A stretch of DNA of 64,000 bases from positions 116,870,001 through 116,934,000 of the forward strand of contig OX597817.1 in NCBI GenBank assembly GCA_951406725.2, written 5' to 3'. Below the pieces are notes generated by a model. That model did no database searches. It was not told where the DNA came from and saw only the letters and a program-made list of their open reading frames with translations. Made by a program: the position numbers and the translations under genes. This DNA is from Octopus vulgaris. Its lineage: Eukaryota. Shown piece after piece: positions 51,816 through 64,000 of this stretch; position 1 is the first letter of the stretch; every line of letters starts with the position of its first letter.

Positions 51816-54710
51816 ACAGACATGTGCACATACTTTCGTACCTGATGCACAAATTCAGAATAACGCCAGAAAAATGATTAAGTTTTCTGCTGAGTTACCT
51901 GGAAAAGGAAAATTCAATTGATCTTTGAAAAAAATATGTTCATTAGTTTCCGAGCATATAATTTCAATTCGCTTCTCAGTGTACAAGGTATTAAATATTT
52001 TAACAACACACCTATGATTATACGAAATGTTAGTTGACAAAAATAATAAAAAGATAATATAAATGAACTGAAATTGAGCGTGAAGATACGAAGAACAAAT
52101 TGCATGAGTGGATGTCATTTTTCTGAACAGCAAGAGAATGATCATTTAGCAATATGAAAATCATATTTAAAATGCTATATATGTTACTTATGGACTCATG
52201 AGTTTCACACCTCATGCTATTCGCGTAAACATTCTTCCACATCGGCTCGAATCACCAACACAGACTGAAGAAAAAAAAACCGGAAGCCACCAGACCAAAT
52301 AGAAATTGCAGACAATTTATCCTACACCCAGGAGATAAAACAGGAAAACATGATGTTATTTTGTTGCGCCTGATATATAGAATATTTTCAATTTCATAGT
52401 TATAATTTAATTTTGATTGTAGTTACGTATTAATCTAATTTGAAAATATAATGGACAAATAAATTTGTGTTGGTTCATTGTTGCAATCCAATTTTATAAA
52501 ACGTACCATAAATATTATAGTTGTAATTACATTTTGCTTTTAGTTACATATTAAGCAAATTCAGGAATATAATTTACAAATAAGTGTGTTGTCTTCGATC
52601 AAATGTGTGAGTTTGTGTGTGTATGGGCATTTGTGCGTATGTGCATGTGTGTGTGTGTGTGTGTGTGTCTGTGTGTGTGTGTGTGTAAATACATTTGTAT
52701 ATAAATGTGAAATTTATGTGAAATTTAATTTGCTATTATAAAATTGTTTATGAATAACAACGGATTTACCGTGCGGATAATGTAGCGGATGTTAAGATAT
52801 TCTTGTAGACAATATATTTGAAAATACATCAAGTTGGGCAATGGATGATACGGACTTCAAGGAAGGGTCTCTGTATCGGACTTCAGGGAAGGGGTTTCTG
52901 CATCGGTACATTTCTATAAAGTACAATCTTATAACCTAGTTCGATATAACTTCCATATGTGTCTTTGGTGGTTTGGTATATCAAACGTCCATCAGACAAC
53001 AGTAATTTCATATTTATACTAATTGCCTTGTTTGTGATTTAAAGGGAGATTGCGCATGTATTTCCTTCCTTTCCCTTTGTCTTACCTTCTGCAGGTCGAT
53101 TCTTACGGAGGCATAGCGTGGGGTTTAATTTGTCTCTTCTTTGTGTAGTATAATTTTGATTTTAATGCATTTTCATTTTTTATCATTACCTATTCAGTGT
53201 ACTTATTTTTCAGTCTTAGCTATATATTTTGGTTATCTATAATAAAAAATTATTTTGTCTTTTTAATTTTTTACATTTTCTTTTTCCATTGGTCAGTATC
53301 CTTTGCTTCTGGATATTTTAATGTATGTTTGTTGTTTCTTTTTTGCTTGTCTTGTTCTTGAGTATTATCTCACTTCAGTGAGACTACGTGGTATATCTGT
53401 TCGCTTGTTTTCTGTTTATGTCAGTATTTGTCTGATGGCTTCTAAATGTTTTACTTCTCCTTTTTTTAATGTTCCGTTTAAGCTCTTCCATTCACTTGCA
53501 GTTTATTATGTTGAAGCTTCAGATTAAAACCATGACAGCAAGAGTTTTTAGACGTATACTTTTATTTCCTATATTGAAAAGGGTTGTTTTAAATTACTCT
53601 GGCTTTTTTTCGCGTTTTCGTTTCTAATATCTCTTCATATATTTTGTTCCTCATTTTATGTATTTCAACTAGTCCTATGTATGCCTATGAAGTATTCTAT
53701 TCTAATTCTCTTATTTCAGTGCTGTTTTTATTTGATGTTCACAGATTTATTTAATGTTTTCCGTTTTAAAAGAAGCTTTGTCACATTTTTCTAATCTCAT
53801 AACTATTTTTATGTTTTGACTGAATTTGGAAACGCTTAGTTGCAGGATTACCAAAAAATTATTATAACCTTGTAAATATTTTCATGCTAAATAATGATCC
53901 TCTTTGGAAAATTTCAATAGTTGAGGGAATACATTTGGTTTATGAATCCCTTCTCCTTGCTGTATAATGTCATTATTGCTGTTATCGTTTTCGGAGTGTT
54001 TGGATATCCAGTTTTGGAGAAATAATATTGCTTTCCGCTCCCTCAGCAGTTGATTCTGGTATGTTTTATAAAGCATTATATACTACGCTAATACACCCAT
54101 GGGTTTCGGCTGAGTGCTTCAAATCTTTGCTGTTGCAGTAATGTATTGGTGAAATTCATGAGATAATGATAGAAATTGCTCGTAGTGCTATTATACATTA
54201 CCTTCTTATTCTCTGTTTTATTACTGTTTCTTGTACTGAGTTTGCTTTCAAAGTTCTATCCCAAAATAAAAAAAAATGAATTCTTTGGCATTGAAAGTTT
54301 TCCAGTTGTAAGTACTTTCTATATCGCTTTGGTGTTTGATTTAAATACCTTGTTTCTATGGAAGAAGCAGGCACATTTCTCGAAGTCCCTTATCATGCAT
54401 GCTTTTACTGAAATAATTTCTTTAATTTTATTCTCTTCCATTAAGTGTGATCAATTATTTTCATCAAGAATTGTACATAACCTTCTGATTTACGACCTAA
54501 GTAAGTAATAAACATTTATTATTCATAATTTTCTATCTATCTATTTTAACTTTCTATGTGGTAGATATTAGAATGCACACATTATTATCTCAGATCCTGC
54601 ATACATTTTCTAATATCGGTGAAAATATGTATAAACACCGAAAAACTATTGACCGTAAACATGCTCAGAAACATATTTGTGTGCACAAGTACGCAGGCCT
54701 GGTTTTAATA

Positions 54711-54863
54711 AGCACAGGCGTCGCTGTATGGCAAGGAGGTTGCTTCCCAGCATCATAGCTCCGAGTTCAGTCCAACGCACGGCACTTTGAATAACTTTTA
54801 CTATGGCACCGAACGATCAAAGTCTTGTGAGTGGATTTGATGAACAGAAACTGAAGGAATACC

Positions 54864-54914
<51 letters not shown>

Positions 54915-54925
54915 AATACATACAT

Positions 54926-54983
<58 letters not shown>

Positions 54984-54984
54984 C

Positions 54985-55029
<45 letters not shown>

Positions 55030-55205
55030 CACCAGCACTTGACTGTAGTTGGTTTCTTTACGTTCCAGTTCTGCAAAAAGATGCTAGTAAAATAAGCACC
55101 AGACTTCAAAATATAGATGTTTAGCGTCGATGTCTTTGACCAAACCCTTCAAGGCGGTGCCTAAACATGGACACAGTCCAATGACTAAAACAAGTAAAAG
55201 ATAAA
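54711..55205 (+). mobile_element. SINE family A, composite copy with internal (TA)n/(TG)n expansion
   Basis: GCACAGGCGTCGCTGTATGGCAAG...CTTGTGAGTGGATTTG...CTGAAGGAATACCG; tail CCCTTCAAGGCGGTGCCTAAACATGG. Confidence 0.8.
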
Positions 55206-56337
55206 ACATAAACAAACAATGCGTACTGAAATATGTGCATATTTACACATGCCAGCACCTATGTGTACTTATCTTATTGCAATATAATTACTAAGAAAAA
55301 TAAGTTACGTAACGCTGCTTCAGAATAAATATGCAAGCTTGCAACGAAAGTAGTCTGCTTTTGTTTATACTACATACACGTTGGTGCAAAGCTCAGACCA
55401 TTTTCGTAATATTGGAATGGCATTAGTAACTAATTGAAAATAAATCCCAAAGGGAAAACAAACTAAGATTATATATTATCGCAAAATATTGTTTATTGTT
55501 TATTGAGTGGTGTGTTGGTTGATATGAGTTGATGACTAATAGAGTCGTCTGAAAATATTTCTTGGGCTGCGTGAAGAAGTAACTGACACCATCCGTGAAC
55601 AGTTGAAAGAAGATATCATTGCACATCGAGTTTAAACATATTGGTCTTTTACAAATTATAGCAGCAATAATTATACACGAGGCGAGACATACTGCTTGGT
55701 ATTTACGGCAAGTTTACTGATGCAGCAATTTCTGGCTGGCCCTTCATAACTGAAGACTATTCTGTTGTGTTCTTGGTGACGGAGATATCTGTCGACCATA
55801 TGACATATGTCTTGACTGTCTGGCTATGGTGAGAAAAGGTACAGAACGCAGCTGCATCAATATTCAGAAATTATCGCCAAAAGTGGCGTTTTTATAGGGT
55901 AATAGAAAGAAAATTCCAGACGATTAAATCACGCAATGACGTCATACTGATTTTTTGCTTAATACGAGTACATCGATCACGTGAATCTACTGTTGCTCAA
56001 TGGTAATGTATGACCGGCTACCCAAGCGATTCGCTTTCGATTCACTCCTATAATATTATGTAACACAAGTAAGAATAAAACTGCAACGAAGTACATTGAC
56101 CACAATTTCCATAAGATTTGTGAAATACTGGTACTTAATTAGTGTAATTGATTCAAATATAGCGTCACTATCACAATGATCATTCACATATGCAGATATC
56201 TGAAATATTTCCGAATAATTAAGCTTTAATAAATTGTTTATGTTAGTAATTTTGTTTGAAAGTATCTAGAAGATTATAAATATATATGTGAGCTTGTGCG
56301 TGCGTGTATGTTCGTGTACGTATGTATATAGATACAT

Positions 56338-56386
<49 letters not shown>

Positions 56387-57439
56387 TGTACTTGTGTGTA
56401 TATACGTATGTACATGTGCAAGTTTTGTAGGTTTTAATTTTGTTAATAAATTTTCCTTTTCTTCATTAGTTATATTTTAGAAGCTTCTTTAATCAAGGAC
56501 GTAATCTATAGTTATGACAAAAATTAAAATAAAATAAAACAAATAACTTGTTAGAAGCTGCAGTTGTATCACATTTGTCAATCGAGTCGTAAAACGCTTG
56601 TTTCATCGTTATATTTCTCAGAAGATTAATATTTGTTGCCAAAAGTAACTACGTACAACTTATAAATAGATGCATTGAGGAATTACAATCGTTGACTAAG
56701 TTTTGCAAAGAGAAAGGTTACCTGTTTCAGAAGTGAGTTTTTATTTTATACCTGATTCCAGTGTTTTGCTTTGTACAGTGACTACCAACCTGAATTACTA
56801 ATGTCATTGCTAAGAGGACACGTGCAGTCACATGAAGAATTAACATGTGCAGTACTCTACAGTGCAATATAGAATCTTCATAAATATATACGAATACACT
56901 AAAGAAGCATGAAAGCCAGAAACATGAAAAGAAGGTAGAACGTTCATATTGTTTGAGATCAATTGCTTGTACATGATAATAGCATAAATATATCTGTAGA
57001 AATACTACTAGACAAAATAACATTGGCGCCTTCTCATCATATTTACTATAAAACGCTGAAAGCATATAACACTACTGCACTATAAGTGCTTAAAAGAAAT
57101 TGTGCGCAGTATACGATGAAAGTTTTTATTTATCTTACTGATATGAGAAAGCTAATTCACAAATTTACCATATCTCTGTGTATTTTTATTTTCATATCTT
57201 TATAGTTTGTAGGTACACTCGATCTCTAGAAATATTTTCATTTGCTTAAAATCCTTGCAATGATTATTGCTTCTATTTCTTATTCTGTTATTTTTGAGGA
57301 TAGGTTACATCTATTTTTTATATTTCTCATTTATTGTGCACAGCCAGGTTGCAAATCTTCATCAACACAATAACGTATTATATAGACACTTTCTAGTTTA
57401 ACTTATAAACCTAACATCTTAACAGATATTTGGGATTAC

Positions 57440-58385
57440 ATAAAAGATGGGATTCATTGCTAATTTAGAAGGGATTGATAGAAGTGTCTTTGTATAACAA
57501 AGGGCATATCATGTCGATTGTTATTCGACATGAAAAACGATCGGTGGCTTGTGTGAAACCTAATGCGTGCCTAGGTTACGGTACGAATAACTAAAGACGC
57601 TTAGTAGGCTATGTCAGCATAATTGCGTCGCAGTAGGTTCATCCACAATACAGACATAGACGGAATGCGTACAGTATGTCAGATTCCATAACGCCTTGCT
57701 TAACACTTCAGGAAGTATGACGGAGTAAAGCCGGATGGCTTTGAAGGTTACCTTCACAGCCTGTCTTAAATTGGAACAAAATAGGTGGAATTTCTTTGTG
57801 AATTTATTGTGATATGCTTCTATGGTTGCAGAGATCTATCGGAATGGGCACTTGACTGATGGAATCCCCGTTTATAAATATATAGCGTATTGAGTATCTG
57901 AGAAAAGATCGAACAAGGCGGACGCTTACTTATTGAGAATTTGAGATCAGGAATTGAGCTGCAAGAATTAAGTTATTTAGCCGAGGCTCTAGAAAAAATG
58001 TTGGTGCTCGTCACTGAAATGTCATTCGACATGCACAAATGTTGCCGGTTCAGACGAATCTATTCAGTAAAACATTACACATAAGCCATAAAGGGAGACA
58101 TGATTTTGATTTAGTATGTAACAGGCTGGTGAATTTGAAGAGGAGAGCTGTACCCTTTCCGAGTACCCTCGAAGAGTCGGGTGGTTCAGGATTGGTGTGG
58201 TGCCTGAGCCAACCCTGAGTGTTTATACCTCCTACTGAAGAAATCTCATTATAATACTTTTCTTTTTTAATGTTTTTTGCTATTGTTTTCTTAACTGTTT
58301 ACTCGTTGTTTCATGTAAAAAAACCACTGTTCCCGTCTACTGGATTGTTCCCTATATGTTGGCCCTAGTGGCCAATAAATGAAAT
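57440..58385 (+). mobile_element. Probable decayed non-LTR element 3' portion
   Basis: GC-richer block ending in T-rich UTR-like sequence, hairpin TTGGCC-CTAGT-GGCCAA overlapping AATAAA, then a (TTA)n run; no recognisable protein motif. Confidence 0.35.
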
Positions 58386-59358
58386 ATTAATTATTATTAT
58401 AAACAACAACAAAAAGAACAATAATAATTATCATAATTAATAATATTATGCATGCACTTGTTGTTTCGTTTATTAATCAGTCAACGAAGTGAACACGTCC
58501 ATATTCTATTTTCAAGCAGTAAAATCAAGTACTTTTCAAGACAATAACTTTAATTAGCGCATTCTATTCCCGATTGTTTGAATAGTAATTAGGTAATTTA
58601 GCTTCAGATGCTATGAATTTAATGGTGCCTCGGATATGAATTCGTTTGTTATCAATTTTGGCATGGATGTTATGTGACTTTAAACACAATGTTTGTAAGG
58701 TATTAACATTTTCTAGTATTACCAAAAGAATTACATTACAGGAATATTAATTAATAGTAGTTCAGAGCGATGAAGACAGTAGATCGGAGTTTCGGGGGCG
58801 CTAATTAGATTACTATCGTTTGTTTAGTCCCCCAATAGTTAACTCAAATTTCTGGTGATCGTTTGAAGAATACTAATATTTTATTTGAGACGGAAGAAAA
58901 GATATACATCGTCTATTACAAATTTCGATTTGGTGGATGAATAAGAAGTGTGTATTAGGAGGCGCTGTTCTTGTTATTATTGTTTTCATTTATTCAGATG
59001 TAGTATATCAAAAACTGCAATTTCCAATCCATTTTCCTTTATATAAAACTTTAATTTATGATTTAATGGAGGTTTTGCCTTGTATTTCTTGCCTTGTATT
59101 TCATTTGTTTTATCATTTACTTCTCTCAGTCATTCGACTGCGGCCATACTGGGGCACCGCGTTTAAAAGTTTTAGTCGAATGAATCGACCCCAGTATATT
59201 TTTTAAATCCTGGTACTTACTTCTAGGTTTCCTTGCATACATTCTAACTAAACACCAAATTTAAATATGGGTTGAATAACAAGCATATTGCAGCAATACA
59301 CCTTGGATGAAATCACCACAAATCTGGTATAGTTTACGTATATTGCGTACGATCAAAT

Positions 59359-59397
<39 letters not shown>

Positions 59398-60022
59398 CAC
59401 AGGCATACAGGAGTAGATGACCTTCCAACAATATGGTTTCGGGTTCAGTCCCACTGCGTGACTCATTGCGGTAGTGTCTTCTACTGTAGCCTGAAATCAA
59501 TAAAAGAATAAAAGAATGTATGCATATATGTATGTATTTTGTATGTATGTATATATATATATATATATATATATAAGTAAAATTAATACGTTCTCAAACC
59601 GGCAAAAGACTACTGCAGTGAATTATTTTATGTAGTATCATTTCCGGTAATTTAGCGCGCCTAAACGAAGACTTTTGAAAATAACCACAAATGTAATAGG
59701 TAGAAATGCATGCATTTTCGTCCTCATCTTGATGTCTGGCGTGAAGTTCTGCAAATCATAATTTGCATAGACGATAATACTGAAGATCTACAGATAAATT
59801 GTGTAAGTAAAATTACGTAATTTGTTGATAGTGAAACAATTGTTTATGATTCATCTATATTTTAGATACTTTTCATTTGTCTTGCTCGCTTACGTTTCTT
59901 GTTCTTGCTTAATTTTCTGGAGAACGACTCTTAGTGGTTAAGACCATAGCGGATCTTCTAGCATATTGCTTTCTACTTAGTGGTAAAGAATTCCCTCTTA
60001 TATTTATGCATTTATATATATT

Positions 60023-60055
<33 letters not shown>

Positions 60056-60087
60056 GACATAGGAACAGTTGCGATGGTATGGCGTAA

Positions 60088-60490
60088 GCGTAGGCATAGC
60101 TGTGTAGTAAGAGGCTTGCTTGCCAAAGATATGGTTGCGCGTTTGGTCCCACTGCGTGAGACTTTGGGCAGGTGTCTTCTACTGTAGATTCGAGCCGACC
60201 AAAACCTTGTTAGTGGATTTCGAAGAGGGAAAATGAAAAAGATATGTTGTATGTATGTGTGTATGTGTGTTTGCGTGCGTGCGTGTGTGTGTTTTCTTTA
60301 TGTTTGTCCCCACCACCACTTGAAAACCGGTGTTCGTGTGTTTACATCTCTGTAACCTAGCAGTGCGGGAAAGAAATTGATAGAATTAGTACTTGGCCTT
60401 TAGAAAAATAAGTCGCTTTATTCGACTAAAACGTCTGCATGCGGTACCTCAGCATGGCCGCACTCCAGTGACTGGAATGTATAAAAAAAG
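60088..60490 (+). mobile_element. SINE family A, composite copy (further fragments at 59123-59220 and 59402-59495)
   Basis: GCGTAGGCATAGCTGTGTAGTAAG...GTCCCACTGCGTG...GCCGACCAAAACCTTGTTAGTGGATTT...CAGCATGGCCGCA. Confidence 0.82.
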
Positions 60491-61021
60491 ATAGAAGATA
60501 TACATCTATTCATCCATCCATCAATCCATCCATCCATCCATCCATCCATACATACATACATACATACATACATACATACATACATACATACATACATACA
60601 TACATTTATACCTAGTGGTAACGTGTCAGTCAGTGATCCTTGTCAAGTGTTCGGACAATCAGTGCGTTAACCACCGACTCTAGCACAGCCTACTTAATCA
60701 GGAGAGTGGTTTTCAGAGGACAAACTGCAGGGCAATAGTTTAAACTTGTGAAAGGCAGTTGAACTCAATAGACTTCATTTGTAGTAAAGATTGCTTGCTA
60801 ACATAACATGGCAGTCCTGGTTTACGACGAATGTTGCTGTAATTTAGTCCCAGGGGACATCGTGTCCAGCTGGATATACGACATGATCTCTGTAATTATA
60901 GCACCCCCACTCAGCTAAAAACAATTTCTGTGTATCGCGATTTCCGGGTTATTTCCCTAATTGTTCACACACACACACACATATATGATCAAATGAATAA
61001 CAGAGGATGGATAGGTGTCAA

Positions 61022-61106
61022 CTCATTACAGCTGTTTCTAACGCATTTTTTTAAATAGAAGAATGAGAACGTAACTTCATTACAAAAACCGTAATCATCA
61101 GATGAA
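61022..61106 (-). ncRNA. Type I hammerhead ribozyme with canonical core, palindromic stem III and long loop II
   Basis: Minus strand TTCAT-CTGATGA-TTACG-(46 nt)-CGTTA-GAAAC-AGCT-GTA-ATGAG; stem I TTCAT/ATGAG, stem III ACAGCTGT self-complementary, cleavage triplet GUA. Confidence 0.78.
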
Positions 61107-61835
61107 ACGTAATTTTACAAACAAAAGAATAACCCAAGAATACAGACAGGACGTGGTTGACGACTGTCGAGGCTAACTACGAAATGGGAGAATGGCCAAC
61201 CAAACTGCCCGTTGTGGGCACTAGGGGGCAGGGTTAGGTTAAGAACATAGTTTGTGAAAGCGAGTAATATATTTAAGGTCAGCGATCCGGATGAGATAGG
61301 AGTCTGTTAGTCTGGTTCTTTGGTAAGCTAGATGTGGTGTGTATTAATTTCGATTCATATGGTTATAATTTTTACGTCCTAATTTCTCCATCATATAACT
61401 AATTGACATGACTTATCATAGAATTTTACCTTATCAGTGTTTTCTTCTTTCTTGTAACTTATATATTTTGCAGTCTTCGCTTCACTTTTACATGCTCCAA
61501 AGAACGCTTTCAAAAATACTGTTCGACGCAGACTCGCTGACACTGCCGTTTGCCTTGTACATATGTTTACAACTCCACACCAATGAACACATCTATATTG
61601 ACATATTTAATTACATTTACACACACACACACACACACAATGTTACAAGCACGCACGCATACAAACACATAAACACACACGCTTGCATACACACACACAA
61701 ACATATACACATCCATACCCTCGTTTTCATTCAATGACTTTATTAATTAGATATTCATATGATTCTCACAACCATCCCAAACAACACCACCAAATTTACA
61801 TGAATGCATACATCTACACTGATATACACTGATAT

Positions 61836-63050
61836 AATTTATAAGTTTCATTTCCAATCTATAGAAGGCTTGTATTATTTCTGCAGTTCTATATTTGCAG
61901 ATGAAAGATGGACATAATAAATTAATAGTACCTCACGTACACAGATGTCTGCCTTATGCCCCACCACCCCTTTATACCAGCTTTCTGACGCACGAACACT
62001 TTAAATACTTACATTCACACACTGAATAACCATTGAATGATATTCTCACTCTGAGCTATGTTCTCATATATTTCATATTTCAATATTCAGTACTTTAAAT
62101 TCTTTGTTTTTTTAAATTATAAATCTGTTCTTTCTTTAATCAATTCCTACACTGTTTCTTCTGGTATTTTTCTGTTTCTGCTTTCAAGAGTACCAAAGTC
62201 AGAAACGTTTTTGCGGTGATATTCTCTTTTATTACGCTAAGTTTATATAGAACTAGCAGTATCGCGCGGCGTTGCTCGGGTTTGTAAGGGAAATAACTAT
62301 ATAAGCATTTTTAGAGAGTTATAGCAAAAAGATGCATTAAAAATGGAATAAAAAATGATGGTATTTTTTTTTAAATCGTTGACTCATCGTAGACATTTTT
62401 AGAGAGTTACTTCCCTTATATAATAGCGAAAAATACATTAAAATGGAAAGAATGATGGTAAATTTTTTTTTAAATCGTAGACTCATCTATATGAATCACG
62501 ACTATAAGATATCCGTTTTTGGTTAAACTGCACCGCAAAATGTGGGAGTAGTTAGGAATCTAAATCGTAGGAGACAGACACTCACACAACTTCACTTTTA
62601 TATATATAGATTAACAGTACCTCGTCCTTTGTATTTTAAGCTCCTTTTCACTAGATATTAACACATATATATGTATAAATGAATTCATTCATTATATATA
62701 TGCGCGTGTGCCTGTGTATGTGTATGAATGTGTGTCATATTAAATTTAATGTGGACGTATGAGGTAGTATAAATTTTTTTTGTGTATCCATATTTCTTTC
62801 CTCAAGAATACGGAAATACTGAAATTCTGAAATACAGAAATGATGCAAATCTTTCCCAATTTTTATGTGAAACAGAAATAAAATATACATATTTACTTTC
62901 ATAAATGAAACACATACATGTCACTCCGTTTAAAATTCAAGCATCATTTAATTTATAAGTTTCATTTCCAATCTATACAAGGCTTGTATTATTTCTGCAG
63001 TTTTCTATTTGCAGGTGAAAGATGCACATAATACATTAATAGTACCTCAC
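61836..63050. repeat. Direct repeats of about 100 bp at 61836-61936 and 62949-63050
   Basis: TTTATAAGTTTCATTTCCAATCTATA(G/C)AAGGCTTGTATTATTTCTGCAG...TTTGCAG(A/G)TGAAAGATG...ATTAATAGTACCTCAC. Confidence 0.92.
62253..62610 (-). mobile_element. Non-autonomous Helitron, 358 bp
   Basis: Minus strand 5' TCTATATATATAAAAG; 3' GC-rich imperfect hairpin CCCGAGCAACGCCGCGCG then ATACTG-CTAG; host A|T; internal tandem duplication CATTTTTAGAGAGTTA...ATGATGGTA...AAATCGT(T/A)GACTCATC. Confidence 0.8.
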
Positions 63051-64000
63051 AAACATCCTTTAATGTTAAGTATATTGAATATTTAATTATATAATCTGTC
63101 ATTTTTAAGTGCCTGATTGTATATAAACATATGCTTGCATATGATTAAGTACATTTATCTTCGGCGAACTCTCTAAAGTATATTAGATAAAGTTATAAAT
63201 TTTTTGAGTGCTACTTGGTAGTTTTGTTTCCATGTATATTATACATTTGTGTATGTGTTTGTGCGTGTGGTTGTCTGTGTGCGCGCCTTCATTAATCCAC
63301 ATTTTTTGAAAAGGTAATGATATTAAACTCATCGCACACACACACATACACGAACACACATTCACACACAGACACACAGAGACATACACACACACACACA
63401 TATATATATACAAGTATTTTATAAGGGAATATTACATGTTTATATATATCCACAGATATATATTAATAAGAAATCAACGTTGGAGAATCATATATACATT
63501 TATTTATATACTCCATATGCTTCTTAATCTATAGTATAAACCAACCCACATAGAATACAAACTGTGTTTCAAACGGATTTGAAGCTAATTGAAAATGGTG
63601 AGGTGTTGCTCGTAAGAGGAAACGAAATATATAGCAACACAGTACAGCTGATGTATAAAAATGTAATACTGGCAATCGCGAAGTCGTCTCTGAATTCGCT
63701 TTTCCAACTAGAAATAACAAATGTTTCCTAAACCATTACATCTCAACCTATCACTAATTTAAGGATAATTCAATATTCTATGCCTCCAGCCTTGTTTCTC
63801 GGTCCTTCGTCAATGTCTCACCTCACCTTTTATCATTATCTGCTTAGTCCCGTAAATTTCTCCCAGTTCCATCTTCCTTCAAAACAACTTCTCTGGGAGA
63901 TCATTGTTGACTTGCTTCTAGCATTAAAAGTTGCTTCAATGATCTGTTTCTAGCATTAAAGTTGCTGAAATGACACATCTGCTTACATAACGGTAGATAT

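Noticed and set aside
56727-57065. 112-aa ORF with a signal-peptide-like segment
   Set aside because: No domain motif and no convincing splice sites; hydrophobicity is explained by T-rich composition
59703-59745. Minus-strand AAGATGA-GGAC-GAAAATGCATGC hammerhead-like string in a (TA)n-flanked insert
   Set aside because: C3 and U4 are absent and stem III register is wrong; too degenerate to call

Overview
Very AT-rich, microsatellite-dense animal DNA. The SINE families and repeat landscape look like an octopus-type cephalopod genome; this is recognition from memory, not a search result. I find no convincing host protein-coding gene, and most ORFs in the track are microsatellite translations or retroelement fragments. 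The window is a mosaic of mobile DNA: an internally deleted RTE LINE (6.2-9.2 kb), two R4/Dong-type non-LTR fragments in or beside (TAA)n arrays, a decayed L1/Tx1 element (39.1-43.0 kb), a TSD-bounded ORF1-only HAL1-like element (28.1-30.1 kb), a Penelope RT/GIY-YIG remnant (30.2-31.7 kb), two non-autonomous Helitrons, and more than 15 tRNA-type SINE copies. The most interesting pattern is a recurring set of short non-coding elements, many inside or beside (TA)n or other microsatellite arrays. They either fold back into long hairpins (one is a perfect 160-bp-arm palindrome) or carry type I hammerhead-ribozyme motifs with a self-complementary stem III (best copy 61022-61106). I infer a Penelope-derived, microsatellite-associated family of ribozyme and foldback retroelements. 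Repeat boundaries were read by eye and may be off by a few to tens of bases.
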